DNA from: Octopus sinensis
Taxonomy: Eukaryota
DNA: 64,000 nucleotides
Direction of reading: 5' to 3'
Assembly (NCBI RefSeq): GCF_006345805.1
Contig: NC_042999.1
Coordinates: 87,172,001 to 87,236,000, forward strand
Under the pieces are notes generated by a model. It saw only the letters and a list, made by a program, of their open reading frames with translations, had not been told where the DNA came from and did no database searches. The position numbers and the translations under genes are program-made. Positions 38,938-52,344 of this stretch are shown here, in pieces (the first letter of the stretch is position 1; every line of letters starts with the position of its first letter).

Positions 38938-39804
38938 TATGTGTATAAATATATATTGTGTATGTATATATGTATATATACACACACATTGAAAAACAAT
39001 GCAAATATGTAAGAAAAAATTTTAATCATAGCAATTAGAATTAAATTTATGCATTGTCATTCTCATCAGTGTGATGAATCTTTTGAAGAACATCAAGAAA
39101 GTTTAATAAGATAAAATAGAATAAAATAAAATAGAAATAAAAATAAAATAAGATACAATAAGAGAACACAGATGAGGCAGTAAGGGAAAATCAGATAATT
39201 TACAAACTAAGTTGTGAAAGGGAAAAATAATGATAACAACAATACTGTTAGATTCTTATGTTATAGTTTTACTGCACATATAGACTTGCATACACATTGA
39301 TATGCCTTTCTTTTTCTTTTTTCTTTTTTGTTTCTCTCACTATTATTATTGTTGTTATCAATATTTTAAAATGTTTTTTTCCCTGCCTTTGAAAGTGTTT
39401 TATATATGAGTTACTAGGCAGAAATTATTTAACCTTTACTAAATGTTGACACATTCTAATTGCTTTAGTCTTGAGAAGCATGTAGAAAAGTGTAATGTTT
39501 TTGCTCTTTTATTCTCTTACTCTTTTACATGTTACAGTCATTGAACTATGATCCAGCTGGGGCACTATCTTGTAGAGTTTAGATAATTCAGTTGATCACA
39601 GTATTTTTGTTTGTTTTTTTTGTTAAGTTTGGTGTTTATTCTTTTGCTGAACTGATGAGATATAAGATTTTAAGCAAACCAATATGAGTTTATAATCAGT
39701 TGGAGACTTACACAAAAAGACATATGCATATAAACACACACACACACATACACACAAATGCATGTATACATGCACATACACACACAAGCATGCATCCATC
39801 TGCA

Positions 39805-40725
39805 CTCATCAGATTTTCATTTTTATGCAAGATGGTGAAGCACGTTGAGCAGAGATGTTGCATCAAGTTTTGCCCAAAGCTCGGTGATACTCAAGCTCAA
39901 ATCATGCAGAAGAGTCAGCAAGCCTTTGACGATGATACCATGGGCAAACCCCAGATCAAAGGGTGCTACAACCTCTTCAAACATGACCAGACCTCAGTGG
40001 AGAGCAAAGGATGCTCAGGCAAGCCATCCACAAGCTGAAATGAGGCTCCGTTGAAAAGGTTCGGTGAATAATTATGGAAGACTGTCATGTAACAACTCAG
40101 AAAAGTGCTCTCAAAGTGGGAGTAAGCAAAGGATCAGTGCATTCCATTTTAATGGAGGATTTGTACCTATGGAGAGTGTTAACGAGACTCATTCCCAAGG
40201 TGCTGGCAGAGCAACTGAGCATGGAAATTGTTCAGGACATGCTGGACTGTGCAAACCATGACCCCAACTTCATGAAGACCGTCATCAATAAAGAATACTA
40301 CCTGGAGGTTATACCTTTCCTTTGTGATGATGCTGTGCATCATTAGCAGTTGGACATATAGGCAGTGAAGAATTGGCAACTTCATGACAATGCACCTGCT
40401 CCCCACTCCCCCCTCACACAAAGCTTTCCTGATCAAAAACAGTACACCACTTGCTTGACAGGCTTCCTACTCTCCCAACTTCTTCCCCATTCAGAAAACA
40501 ACACTGAAAGGGAAGTGATTTGAGGAATGAGAGGAAATCATGAGAAAGCAATGCTGAAGTTCCATAGCATTCCAGAGAAGGCCTTCCAGCAGTGGCAGAA
40601 TTGCTGGGAGACATGTGTGAACTCTAGCAGAGTATTTTGAAGGTGATTAAATAAAATGTTTGAAATGTACAAAATTGTGATTTTTTTATGTTCAAAAGTC
40701 AAATGCTTTTTGAACACACCTTGTA
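39805..40725 (+). mobile_element. Internally deleted mariner transposon
   Basis: EQRCCIKFCPKLG..SGKPSTS N-terminus, HDNAPA, SYSP motifs, TIR ending ...aacacaccttg-TA. Confidence 0.85.
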
Positions 40726-41754
40726 TTCATATTAAATAAAAGTAACCAAACCTCTTGATTTTTTTAGTTAGAAAACTTGTTTGCTTTTAAACTGACATAA
40801 TTAAGATCGTTTTCTATATGAACAATAGGGGTGGGGTAAAATATCTCATGTGAAGCATTCTCCATTTTATATACACACACAATAGTGTCTCACATCTGCA
40901 ACTTCATAAGTTGTTACTTGAGTAACAGATTCTTTTTGAAATTACAAGACAAAAACTCTTTCCAAGGTTGTTTAAAATCTAAAAATAAGAAGCAAAGGAA
41001 ATCTAATGATTTAGTTGCAATTCCTTACAAGCCCAACCATCATGCAGAGTAGAAGTTCATTCCTTGGTTCTTCATGGAGTGATTTATATTTGTTTAGTTC
41101 AAGGTCAATATTAATCAACCAGATTAGTAATCAAAGACATTCCAGTTGTGACCCTCTTATCTTTTTATATATCCAAGATTATATTTTTCAATGTGTCCTT
41201 TAATTTTTTTAAGGCGTTATTGTTAACATGAGGCAGAATTGGCTGCCATGCCTATGATACTGTAATATGGTTTTGAAGCTTTTGCTCAAGGACTCTTCAA
41301 GTCAATAAAAACCATGTGTACAAAACGTTGAGCTAATAAACATTATAACAAAGTGACACAAGACTTGTCAGTCCACCTCATGGTCCTGGCAGACAAAATG
41401 GAAATGATATTGCCTCAGAAATTGGCTTCCATGCTGCTGAGACCCCCTTTGGTCATGACTGACCATGGGATTGCACCTAGAAAGTTACCCTCCCAGGCAC
41501 AAGTCTGGGCAAGGTTGTTTATGGAAGACCAGCAGTTGTCTATGCATACCGGATTCTCCTCTCCACACTACCGATGTTATCCAAGGGAAAGGCAAAGGCT
41601 GATACAGCTTGGCACCTGTGACGTTGTAACTCATTTATATAGCTGAGTGAACTGGAGCAACGTGAAATAAAATGTCTTGCTCAAGAACACAACACGCACC
41701 CCTGTCTGGGATTCGAACTCACAACCTCACGATTGTAAGCTCTATACAAATGTA

Positions 41755-42035
41755 GTCAATGCCAGTGCCACCTGACTGGTTCCATACCGGTAGCATGTAA
41801 AAAGCACTATTCGAGCATGGTCATTGCCAGTTCTGTCTGACTGGTCCCTGTACCAGTGGCATGTAAAAAGCACCCACTACACTCTTTGAGTGGTTGGCAT
41901 TAGGAAGGGTATCCAGCTGTAGAAACCTTGCCAGATCAGATTGGAGCCTGATGCAGCCTCCTGGCTTGCCAGACCTCAGTCAAACTGTCCAACCCATGCC
42001 AGCATGGAAAGTAGACGTTAAATGATGATGATGAT
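41755..42035 (+). mobile_element. RTE-LINE 3' end
   Basis: Shared tail ending in (GAT)n. Confidence 0.75.
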
Positions 42036-43396
42036 AATGAACAGCCATTACTGTGAAACATAAATCTGTTATATCATAAGTAATGGATATATGATGTGCA
42101 TGTGTGTGTGTAACAGTATATCACAGTACCAAATATAACCGTATAACAATAAGCAATGTAACAAGAGTTGGTTATCTTATAACCATTTGCACAATAACAA
42201 TCCAATATTCCAACAAAGAATCAATAACAAGACTAACTCTCTCACAGTTTGATCTCAACTGTCTACTGGCTCATCAATTTATAAGACTCATCTAGTCACA
42301 TGCGGTGGGTGTCAGTTCACTCCACAAGAGAATCTTTATAACTTTCAAATATCTGAAGCAAGGAGTGTGCAAGTATTCAAAATCTTTGGTCACATACAGC
42401 TCATCATAGAAGAAACAATAGATGTAAATAACAAAATAATCAAAAACCATTAATTTTTGCTGTATGAAGTATCATATCTCACATATTTATCTTTTACTCA
42501 TTCCACTCATTAGAATCTGGCCACACTGGAGCACCATGAAGAGTTAGTCGAACAAATCAACTCTTATACTTGTTTCCAATCCTGGTACTTATTCTATCAG
42601 TCTCCTTTGCCAAACTGTTAAGTAATAAGGATGAAAACAAACCAAAACTGGTTGCCAAGCAGTGGTGGGGCACACACATACACACACCAAACTCACACAC
42701 ACACACAGAGAGGCTTCCTTTACTTTCCGTTTACCAAATCAACTCACAAGGCTTTGGTTAGCCCAAAGCTATAGTAGAAGACACATCACACACACACACA
42801 CATACACTGAGGCACACACACACAGAGGCACACACACACACACACAGATATATACACACATATACACACTCACTCACACACATGTACACACATGTACACA
42901 CACACACACACTGGGCTTGTTTTAGTTTCCATCTACCAGTTTCACTCACAAGGCTTTGGTTTTCTTGGGGCTACAGTACAAAACACTTGTCCAAGGTGCC
43001 CCATTGTAGGATGAAACCCAAGACCACATGGCTGGGAAGCAAACTTCTTACCCTGTGTCTATAATTAGTGGATTAGTGGAAATATAAGAAACATAGACTG
43101 ACTGCCTGGTGGTACTTATTCCGACTCTGAAGAGCCAAGGAAGGGCCTGTAACAGCTGTTGGGTCTCTTCATTAAACCCCACCCCGCCAATCTCCTTGAG
43201 TTTTCAGAAGAAATCTCCCTCCATCTCTATGATCCAAAAACAGTCTTGTTCCACAAGCCAAACTTTTCACTGAGGCCTTGTCTCTTGTAATATCAACTCC
43301 TAATGGAATTGCAGAGGCACAGTTATGAAATATTACATGCTTTGAGCTTTTTAAAATTGCCAGTAGCCTATCCTTCATCTTTCTCTCACTCCAGAG

Positions 43397-43437
<41 letters not shown>

Positions 43438-44037
43438 AGGGGGGAGGGAGAGGGAGAGCAAAAATGAGAAAGAGAGAGAAAACAAGGCAGAGAAAACAAG
43501 AGAGAAAGGAAAAGAACCAACCCTAGTACAGATCTGTTTGTTTATTTATTGATCTCCAGCAGAATCAGAATGACTATCAAAAGTCATTCTGTCCAGTACT
43601 CTAATGACTCAGCCAGTTGATACTTATTGAAATAAATATATCATCATATGTATACGGTTTGCATAGCTGGTGTTGTGGTATGACAAGTCAAGCTTCTAAA
43701 ATCAAATCCATTAATTTCTCATCACCACTATTGTCATTGTCATCATCATCATCATTATTATTGTTATTGTTGCTTTTGTCATCATCATTGTTTCTATGTC
43801 CACTTTTCCATGCTTGTATGGGGGTAGATAGAGTTTAATGAAGATTTTCTGCAACTGGATGCCTTTCCTGCCTCTAACTCTCACTTGTTTCCAAGCAAAG
43901 TTAAAATTTCTCCATAGTCAGACATGTTCATGCAGAATATTGGAAATATCTGACATTGCTCATATGGCAGTGACCCTAATTTACAAATATCATGCAATAT
44001 CAAAACAAAGAAATACAAATACACACACACACACACT

Positions 44038-44256
44038 CTTTTACTTGCTTCAGTCATTTGACTGTGGCCATGCTGGAGCACTGCCATTTTTAGTCGAGCA
44101 AATCGAACCCAGGACTTATTCTTTGTAAGCCTAGTACTTATTCTATCAGTCTCTTTTGCCGAACCACTAAGTTACAGGGACATAAACACACCAGCGTCAG
44201 TTGTCAAGCGATGTTGGGGGGGACAAACACAGACACACAAACATATACACACATAC

Positions 44257-44287
<31 letters not shown>

Positions 44288-44455
44288 ACATATGATGGGC
44301 TTCTTTCAGTTTCTGTCTACCAAATCCACTCACAAGGCTTTGGGCAGCCCAAGGCTAATGTAGAAGACACTTGCCCAAGGTGCTATGCAGTGGGACTGAA
44401 CCTGAGACCATGTGGTTCGTAGGCAAGCTACTTACCACACAGCCCCTCCAGTGCC
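44038..44455 (-). mobile_element. tRNA-derived SINE, family B
   Basis: High similarity to 46855-47298. Confidence 0.8.
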
Positions 44456-45466
44456 TATGTATCTATATTATATATGAATGTGTGTATGTGTATAAATGAT
44501 AGGCTTCTTGCAGTTTCCTTCAACTGAATCCACTCACAAAGCTTTCGCTGTCCTGAAGACATTGCCAAAGGTGTCACAGTGGGACTGAACCTGAAATCAT
44601 ATACTTCTGAACCACATAACTATACCTATTACTTTCCATATGTAATTATGGTTATTCCATTTCATTTACATTGATGTGTTAATGTCTGTTGTTTAGTCAC
44701 ACATCAGCCCAGACTAAGCAGACAAATAATCAAAAGTTTTCCAGCTACAACCACCTCATCTTTTATTAAGATGGAATGTATCTAAGAATACATTATCCTA
44801 TGCCTCCCATTTTTACAACAGTACAGTTTCATCTAAGAAACATTTGGCTGTTTTTTTTTGTCTTTTTTTTCTGGTAGCTATAGCAACTGTGTAGAAACTT
44901 ATTCATAGTCTTATTATAATTATATTATATTTTATTTGACAATTAATGAGTAGACAATAATACCCTTCACCACTGGTTTCCAATGGGGCAATCACTACTT
45001 TATGGCATTTCTCTAGATAAGAGTGACAAGGGAAGGCCTAGAACTCAGATTGAATATATTTTCAATGCTCGCTTCTCTTCACCTTTTGTTGTCATCATCT
45101 GAGTATTAATCTCCTTATATACTGCTTTTAACCCTTTAACTGAGAAATCAAGCCCATAATTATTCCTGTAAGGATATTAAATATCTACCAAAAAACAGAA
45201 TTGATATTTTTAGCAAATCATGTCACCTCAGTAAACTCAACATTTCTCTACAAAATATAGTTTCAAACATAACATCCCCCTACAAAGGATAGATTGGTAT
45301 ATAAAACTGCTTTCTGCAGTTAAGGACAGTGAAATTTCGATTGGATATAGTCAATTTCCGCAGTACAAGGGTTAGATAAAATCTTTGCTTAATTTAAGTG
45401 AGATTGAAAGATTAAGATAGTACTTAATTAAGACATGGGCAGAAGTAGGTAAAAGCTGATCTCAGG

Positions 45467-45538
<72 letters not shown>

Positions 45539-45555
45539 ATGTGTGTGTGTGTGTG

Positions 45556-45591
<36 letters not shown>

Positions 45592-46229
45592 TACACACAC
45601 TCATACATATATATATACACACACATGCATGTATGCATGTATGTATCAGCATTTTCATTTAATAATTTACATGATGATGTGGGTTTGATGGCTTGAGAGG
45701 ACACAGCAAGCTGTAGGGCTTTACTGAGCTTCAGTGCCAGCTTAGCATAATTTCTATGATTAGATGACCTTCCTAACACCAACCACTTTACAATTGCCAA
45801 GTAACCTGCAAAACAAGGAAAGAGAACAGGAAAAAATTTCCACTAATAGGTGATGAACAGTATTCAAGATGGTGATGTAGGTGTTGTAGTGGAAAGGATG
45901 AAGATGTAACGGTGTATAAGGGTGGCTATGGTGAGTGGAGAGTGATAGCATATATGAGAGGGTGCTGAGGATGAAAGCAGAAATGTGAAATGTTTGAATG
46001 GAATAAAATGGAATGTGGCAGACAATGGAGATAACTGAAGATACAGGAAGGTGAACAGTGAAATAGCACTAATGGGGAAAGGTGAATAATGATGGGGGAG
46101 GAGAACAGGTGGCGCATAAAAAGAGGGGAGAGTAATATGTGGAGTGATGGAGCACTGGGTATTAGGGAAATAAGATTTGAGGAATGTTTGATTGTGCAGA
46201 ATTGGTTAGAGCGTAACCAGAATTCTTTT

Positions 46230-46760
46230 AGACATCATTTTTGCTATGATGGATAAGTCTTCTCAAGCACAGAAAATTGCCAATTGTTTCAGTTCTTGTC
46301 ATCTCCTCTATGAGGCTCAGTATCTTGAGATCAGCCTGCACTACTTTGTGCTATGTCTTCCTGGGCCATCCTCTTCCACAAATTCTAGCTACTTTAAGTG
46401 ATGGACTTTTCTTTATGCAGCTGCTCTCAACCATATGCATCACATGATCAAACCATTGCTGTCATCTCTCTTGCACATATCTGATTCCTCTTATGCTTAA
46501 ATTTTCTCTCAAACCCTTGGCATTTGTCATACATGCACACTAATGTTACACATACTCCCCTCTAGTCTTTGCATGTTCTCTGCATTCATAGTTCATGCAT
46601 CACTACCATATGGCATTGTTGTGTATACACAAGTGTCCATACAATCTGCCTTTTGCAGAGAGAGAGATTTTGTAGCCAACAGAGATAATAGCTCCCTGAA
46701 CTTTCTCCATCCTATTCTTATTCTAGTATCTTCCAACCTAATCAGGTCTTCTATATAACA
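46230..46760 (-). mobile_element. RTE-LINE RT C-terminal fragment
   Basis: RIRIGWRKFRELLSLLATKSLSL in ORF 46593-46775. Confidence 0.75.
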
Positions 46761-46854
46761 GAAATAATCTACCACTTCTGAGAAAATCTATTTATGTTTC
46801 CTTAGTCTTTATGGTTCCGGTGTATCTTCTCCATAAAAATAACTTTTTTTTTTA

Positions 46855-47298
46855 CTTGTTTCAGTCATTTGACTGCGGCCGTGCTGGAGCACCGCCTTTT
46901 AGTTGAGCAAATTGACCCCAGGTCTTATTCTTTTGTAAGCCTAGTACTTATTCTATCGGTCTCTTTTGCCGAACCGCTAAGTAACGGGGGACGTAAACAT
47001 ACCAGCATCGGTTGTCAAGCGATGTTGGGGGGACAAACACAGACACACAAACACACACACACACATATATATACATATATATATATATATAATATATATA
47101 TATATAATATATATATATATATTATATATATATATATATACGACAGGCTTCTTTCAGTTTCCGTCTACCAAATCCACTCACAAGGCTTTAGTCAGCCCGA
47201 GGCTATAGTAGAAGACACTTTCCCAAGGTGCCACACAGTGGGACTGAACCCAGAACCGTGTGGTTGGTAAGCAGGCCACTTACCACACAGCCACTCTT
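46855..47298 (-). mobile_element. tRNA-derived SINE, family B, young full-length copy
   Basis: A-box TGGCTGTGTGG and B-box GGTTCAGTCC on the minus strand; CpGs retained. Confidence 0.85.
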
Positions 47299-47349
47299 GT
47301 CCACTGCACAGATTACATCTCCATAGCTTACATTAGGTACATCATCATC

Positions 47350-49620
47350 ATTATTGTTGAATATCCACTTTCCATGCTGGTATGTGTTGGATGGTTTGAC
47401 TGAGGACTGGCAAGCCAGAAGGCTGAATCAGGCTCTAAGTGACCTGGCAACTTTTCTACAGCTGGATGCCCTTCCTAACACCAACCACTCTGAGAGTGTA
47501 GTGGCTGCTTTTTATGTGCCTCTGGCATGGGAGGCAGTCAAGTGGCACTGGCATTGGCCACATTTGAATGGTGCTTTTTACATTCCATCAGCACAGGAGC
47601 CAGTCAGGCAACACTAGCATCGGTCATGCTCAAATGGAGCTTTCTACATGCTACCACCACAGGTGCCAGTCAGGCAGCACTGCCATCAGCCATGCTTGAA
47701 TGGTGCTTTTTACATGTCACTGGCACAGGAGCCAGTCAGACAGCAATGGCATCAGCCACACTCTAATGGTACTTATGTGCCACCAGCACAAGTGCCAGTG
47801 AGGCTGCACTGGCACCGGCCATGACTACGATTTTACTTGGCTCAACAGGTCTTCTCAAGCTCAGCACATTGCCCGATGATTGAAGGGGCACTTTTAAACA
47901 GGCCAGTTATGTGACACTGGCATTGGCCATGGCTACGATTTCACTTGGCTTGCCAGGTCTTCTCAAGCACAGCATATCTCTAAAGGTCTTAGTTGTTTGT
48001 CATTGCCTCTGTGGGACCCAGCCTTTGAAGGTCATGCTTCACCACCATGTCCCATGTGTTCCTGGTTCTACCTCTTCCACAAGTTCCCTCCACTGTTAGG
48101 GTGTGACACTTCACACTGCTGACCTCATCCATATGCAACGCATGACCATACCAGCACAGTATTCTCTCTTACACACCATGTCTGATGCTTCTTATGTCCA
48201 ATTTTTCTCTCAGGGCGCTTACACTCTGTTGTGTATACACACTTACAGTGCACATCGAGCGGAACATACTAGCTTCATTTCTTTCAAGCCTATGCATATC
48301 CTCAGCAGTTACAGCCCATGTTTCACTGCCATGTAGCATGGCTGTTTGCACACATGCATCATACAGTCTACCTTTCTCTCTGAGTGAGAGACCCTTTGTT
48401 ACAAACAGAGGTAGGAGCTCTCTAAACTTTGCAGCTACACTATCAGTGCACCCTCCCCTGCTATTGACTTGGTCACCTAGGTAATGGAAGCTATCAACTA
48501 CTTCTAGTTTTTCTCCCTGGAATGTGGTGGAAGTTGTTCTCTGCATGTTTTCAGTGTTTATTGCTCTTGGGCATCTGCCACATACAAAAACTATCTTCCC
48601 AGTTAGCCTTCCTTTGATATTGCTGCACCTCTTATGTGTCCAATGGCTTACTTTTAACTAGATACTTCTCATGCTATTGTCTTACTAAGAAAATGGCATT
48701 AATTGTACTTTTCTCTGGCACAAAACCAAACTGCACCTTATCTGGATTAATTTTGCTCATAATTAATTGGGTTATAAAATTCTTCATTGCTTTCATGACC
48801 TGGTTCAGCAGTATGGTACCTTTGTAATTGTTTCTACTTAAGGCATTTCCTTTTACTCTCTCATAACAGTTGATAACAATGCTGCTACATCAATCATTGT
48901 GTATGACACTGTTCTATATAATTTGATTAACTGTTCAAGTGACAAGGCCATAACCTATTCTGCCAAATATTTGAAGCATCTCAGCTGTAATTCCTGATGG
49001 ACCAGGAGCTTTTCCTGTTTCCATATTCTTACTTGTCTTATCTATCACACTGCTATCAACTCAGCTCGTCCCTCTGTTGGATCCATATTAGGAAGACCCA
49101 TTTTCTCTCAGTCATCCTCTACATTTAAAAGTGTTTTACTGCTGGGCAGAAGTTGCCACATGTATCCTTCCGCAGCCAGCTCCAAATGGATGAAATGAAC
49201 ATAGCACAACTGTGCTTTGCCACCATGAAAAAATAGTGCTTTCATGTCTCACTACAAGGCTGTGTCATTGATCAACTGGAACCCTTGTCATTTTAACCAA
49301 TGGAGTGCCATTTTTTATCTATCTGCTATAATTCTCTACTGCCCCCATTCTTCCAATCTTTCCATGTTGCTCTCTTTTCTGTTATAGCTTTGTTTACAAC
49401 ACTGTCCCACCATCATGTCACCCTTAGTCTGACTGGGATTTTGCATGAGCCACAGATTTGGTCAGTTGCTCTCAGTAGGTTGTCCTGTAGAAATTTCCAG
49501 TGTCTTTTATGCAATGCATTTCTATCTCCATCTCCTTTTCATCCAAATCTTCAGTTAGAATGTCTCTAATTTTCTTACTATTCACTGGGTCATTCAATTT
49601 CCATTTTCTTCTTTCCTAGA
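47350..49620 (-). mobile_element. Degraded RTE-LINE (RT, 3' UTR with subrepeats, tail)
   Basis: GKAPGPSGITAEML, LEVVDSFHYLGD, KGRLYDACVQTAMLHGSETW motifs. Confidence 0.85.
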
Positions 49621-49794
49621 TTGGCCTGTTTCTCTAAGTCCTAGCCCTAAGTTTAAAGTTGCTAACCACTAACTTACGTTGAGTAGTAAATTCTTTGCCT
49701 TAAGACTGATGTTTAAAGACTTTGTGTCTTTATCCTATTTTCTGGTGATGATGTAGTCAAATTCTTATAGTGGGTCGTTTCTAGTTTTAATTTA

Positions 49795-51175
49795 TTTGAA
49801 CTCTTACTATAATGAAGGAGCTGGTTTCTAACAAAGATATAAAATTCCATCATTCGAATGTCGAGAACAGAAAAAAATTCATATTTTAAACTTGAGAAAA
49901 GTTTTGCATATTTTTACTATTCCACTTCACTTACACACTGCATTTGTAATAAGCAAATTTACTTGTTGATTTCTTCTTCTGAAAACCCTAGCTTATCCAG
50001 ATTGCCATTTAGGCATTTACTCGCAAAACCAAGTGCTCCAGTTATAGTTGATATAAATCTGATTTTATAATCTGGGTATGAAAGCTTGAGATTTTGAAGC
50101 AGCTATCAATAGTTATCCTCTTTCTCTCTGATTTTTGAAAAGATATTCCGATCAGCAGGGCAGCTGACTTCTATGACAGTACATACTTTTTCTCTTATGT
50201 CTCAAGCAACAATATCTGGCCTGTTATGTTTACACTTGATAGAAATTTGATGGGACTGTATTCAATGGTTCTAGGAACATTTGCCAAAAACATTGTTGCT
50301 GCAGGAAACCTCACCGTAGGAAACTTTACTGTGTAGAACATTTTGCTGTAAGATAATTTTGAACATATGACAGGTAACCTGATTTAGAGTAATTGCAGAT
50401 CTGAAAAAAATTGCTTTCTATATATATATATATATGTTTTTTTTTATAATTTTGTTTTAGATTTGACTACTTTTTGTTTTCTTTTTGTTCTTTATAAATG
50501 TTATCATATTTATATTGTATTATTTTTTATTTAAGCAGAATTTTTTTAAAAAAATATTATCGTCTTCTAGATTGCATTATTTTGGCCACCCCACCCACCT
50601 GTAGCTTTGTCATAATATAATCGATAGGGTGGTTGAAACAATTATATACCAAGGAAGCAATTCATTTTTTTTGGTGAAACTGTCTTGCAACAAAATTTCC
50701 TATGCAGCAAACTTTCCAACAGCTGAAAATCCTAAGGTGAATTTTCCTGCAGTAAACTTTTCGAATATAGTACTCAATAACAGTGGGGTTCTGAATGTTT
50801 ATTCCAGGAGTGTTTTTTTTTTCAGATGGCATTGTGTATTGCTTTAACAACAGCCTTGTGCTGTATAGAGAGGTAGTACCTTCATGCTATTTTTGGACAG
50901 CTGCTGACCACATGTGTGATGTCTTCCACAAAAATGTAACATAATCCACATTTTCAGTTGCCTCTTGGAGCTCCAAGGGCATCATTTTTCTTTTGTTTAT
51001 TAGACACTTTGCAATAATCACTTGTTCTTGGATTATAGCCTTTGAAATGTGATGTGGTGTAGTGGTCACAAATTCAAGAGAAGCTGCACTTCATATCAAT
51101 ATTACTGTCTTCTTCAAGTCTTTGGAAAAAATACCCATGCATAGCCTTTTTTGGTATGCTAAGGGTTTCACATCT
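49795..51175 (-). mobile_element. Older R4/Dong-like copy interrupted by a MITE
   Basis: Collinear with 9131-10050 on both sides of 50267-50769. Confidence 0.75.
50267..50769. mobile_element. Mutator-like MITE with subrepeated TIRs
   Basis: 9-bp TSD gtattcaat/gtactcaat; inverted ~15-bp subrepeats (gctgcaggaaacctcaccgtagg vs cctaaggtgaattttcctgcagt). Confidence 0.65.
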
Positions 51176-51267
51176 ATACTATGCATATACATAGGTTTAT
51201 ACATATACATATATGTATACATATAATAATAATAACTATTAGGAATATATACATATATAAATCGAAA

Positions 51268-51752
51268 CTGAACCAAATTCGATGACTGGCACCCATGCCA
51301 GTGGAGTGCTAACAGCTCCATCAGATATCCAAGTGGGATCACTGCCAGAGCAGATGTCTGGCTTCCGTGCTGGTGGTATGTATAAAGCACCATTTGAGCG
51401 TGATCGCTACTAGTGTCGCCTTACTGGCACTTGTGCCAGTGGCACGTGAACAAAACATTCGAGCGAGGTTGTTGCCAGTACCACCGGACTGACTCCTGTG
51501 CAGGTGGCATGTAAAAAACACTATTTGAGTGTGGCCATTGCCAATACCGCCAGACTGGCCCTCGTGCTGGTGGCACGTAAAAGTGCCCACTACACTCTCA
51601 GAGTGGCTGGCGTTAGGAAGGGAATCCAGCTGTAGAAACTCTGCCAGATCAGATTGGAGCCTGGAGCAGTCATCTGGTTTGCCAGTCCTCAGTCAAATCG
51701 TCCAACCCATGCTAGTATGGAAAGCAGACGTTAAACGACGATAATGATGATG
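51268..51752 (+). mobile_element. RTE-LINE 3' end
   Basis: Shared tail plus subrepeats. Confidence 0.75.
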
Positions 51753-52344
51753 ACATATATTTCAATATCTCAATTAAACATAGCAATACTAGTTGCCTAG
51801 TGTTAGAGCTCAATGTACATATGTTTCAGAGGAAAGTGTTAGTTGAGTATAGAGCATAATAAGAAATTTTATGTATGACAAAGGAACAAGAAATTCTGCA
51901 ATGAATTTCATTAGCATACAGCTGTTTCTGCTATAAGATTTCATACACTCTTAGATGAGTATATTTATATATATGTATATATATATATATGAAGGGATAG
52001 TGTCATCCAAGGAAATACTGGTTCAATACCTAATATTTTGGGGGAATTGATTTCCTTAAAATAATAGGTATAAAACCATATAGTTTATATTCATATAAAA
52101 TAAGAAAAAAAATGGAGATTGGGAAGTTAATAATTGTTTATTAACAACAACAAATCAATCATCCTCCCTTACAGCTGTTTCAATTAATACTCTGTAAATT
52201 AATTAAATATTAAATTCATATGCCCTGAGCATAATATCTTCAGAGGAAAAAAATATACCCTTCGATATTTTATATATGTGTTTATGGATTCATTATAGCA
52301 GACTATAGAGTCTGCTATAATGAATCCATAAACACACTCTAAAA

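Noticed and set aside
42109-42483. Second solo LTR (TGTAAC...CACA)
   Set aside because: No TSD and weak terminal inverted match
45083-45165. Minus-strand exon candidate NNYGLDFSVKGLKAVYKEINTQMMTTK
   Set aside because: Plausible splice sites but no recognisable family or consistent exon chain
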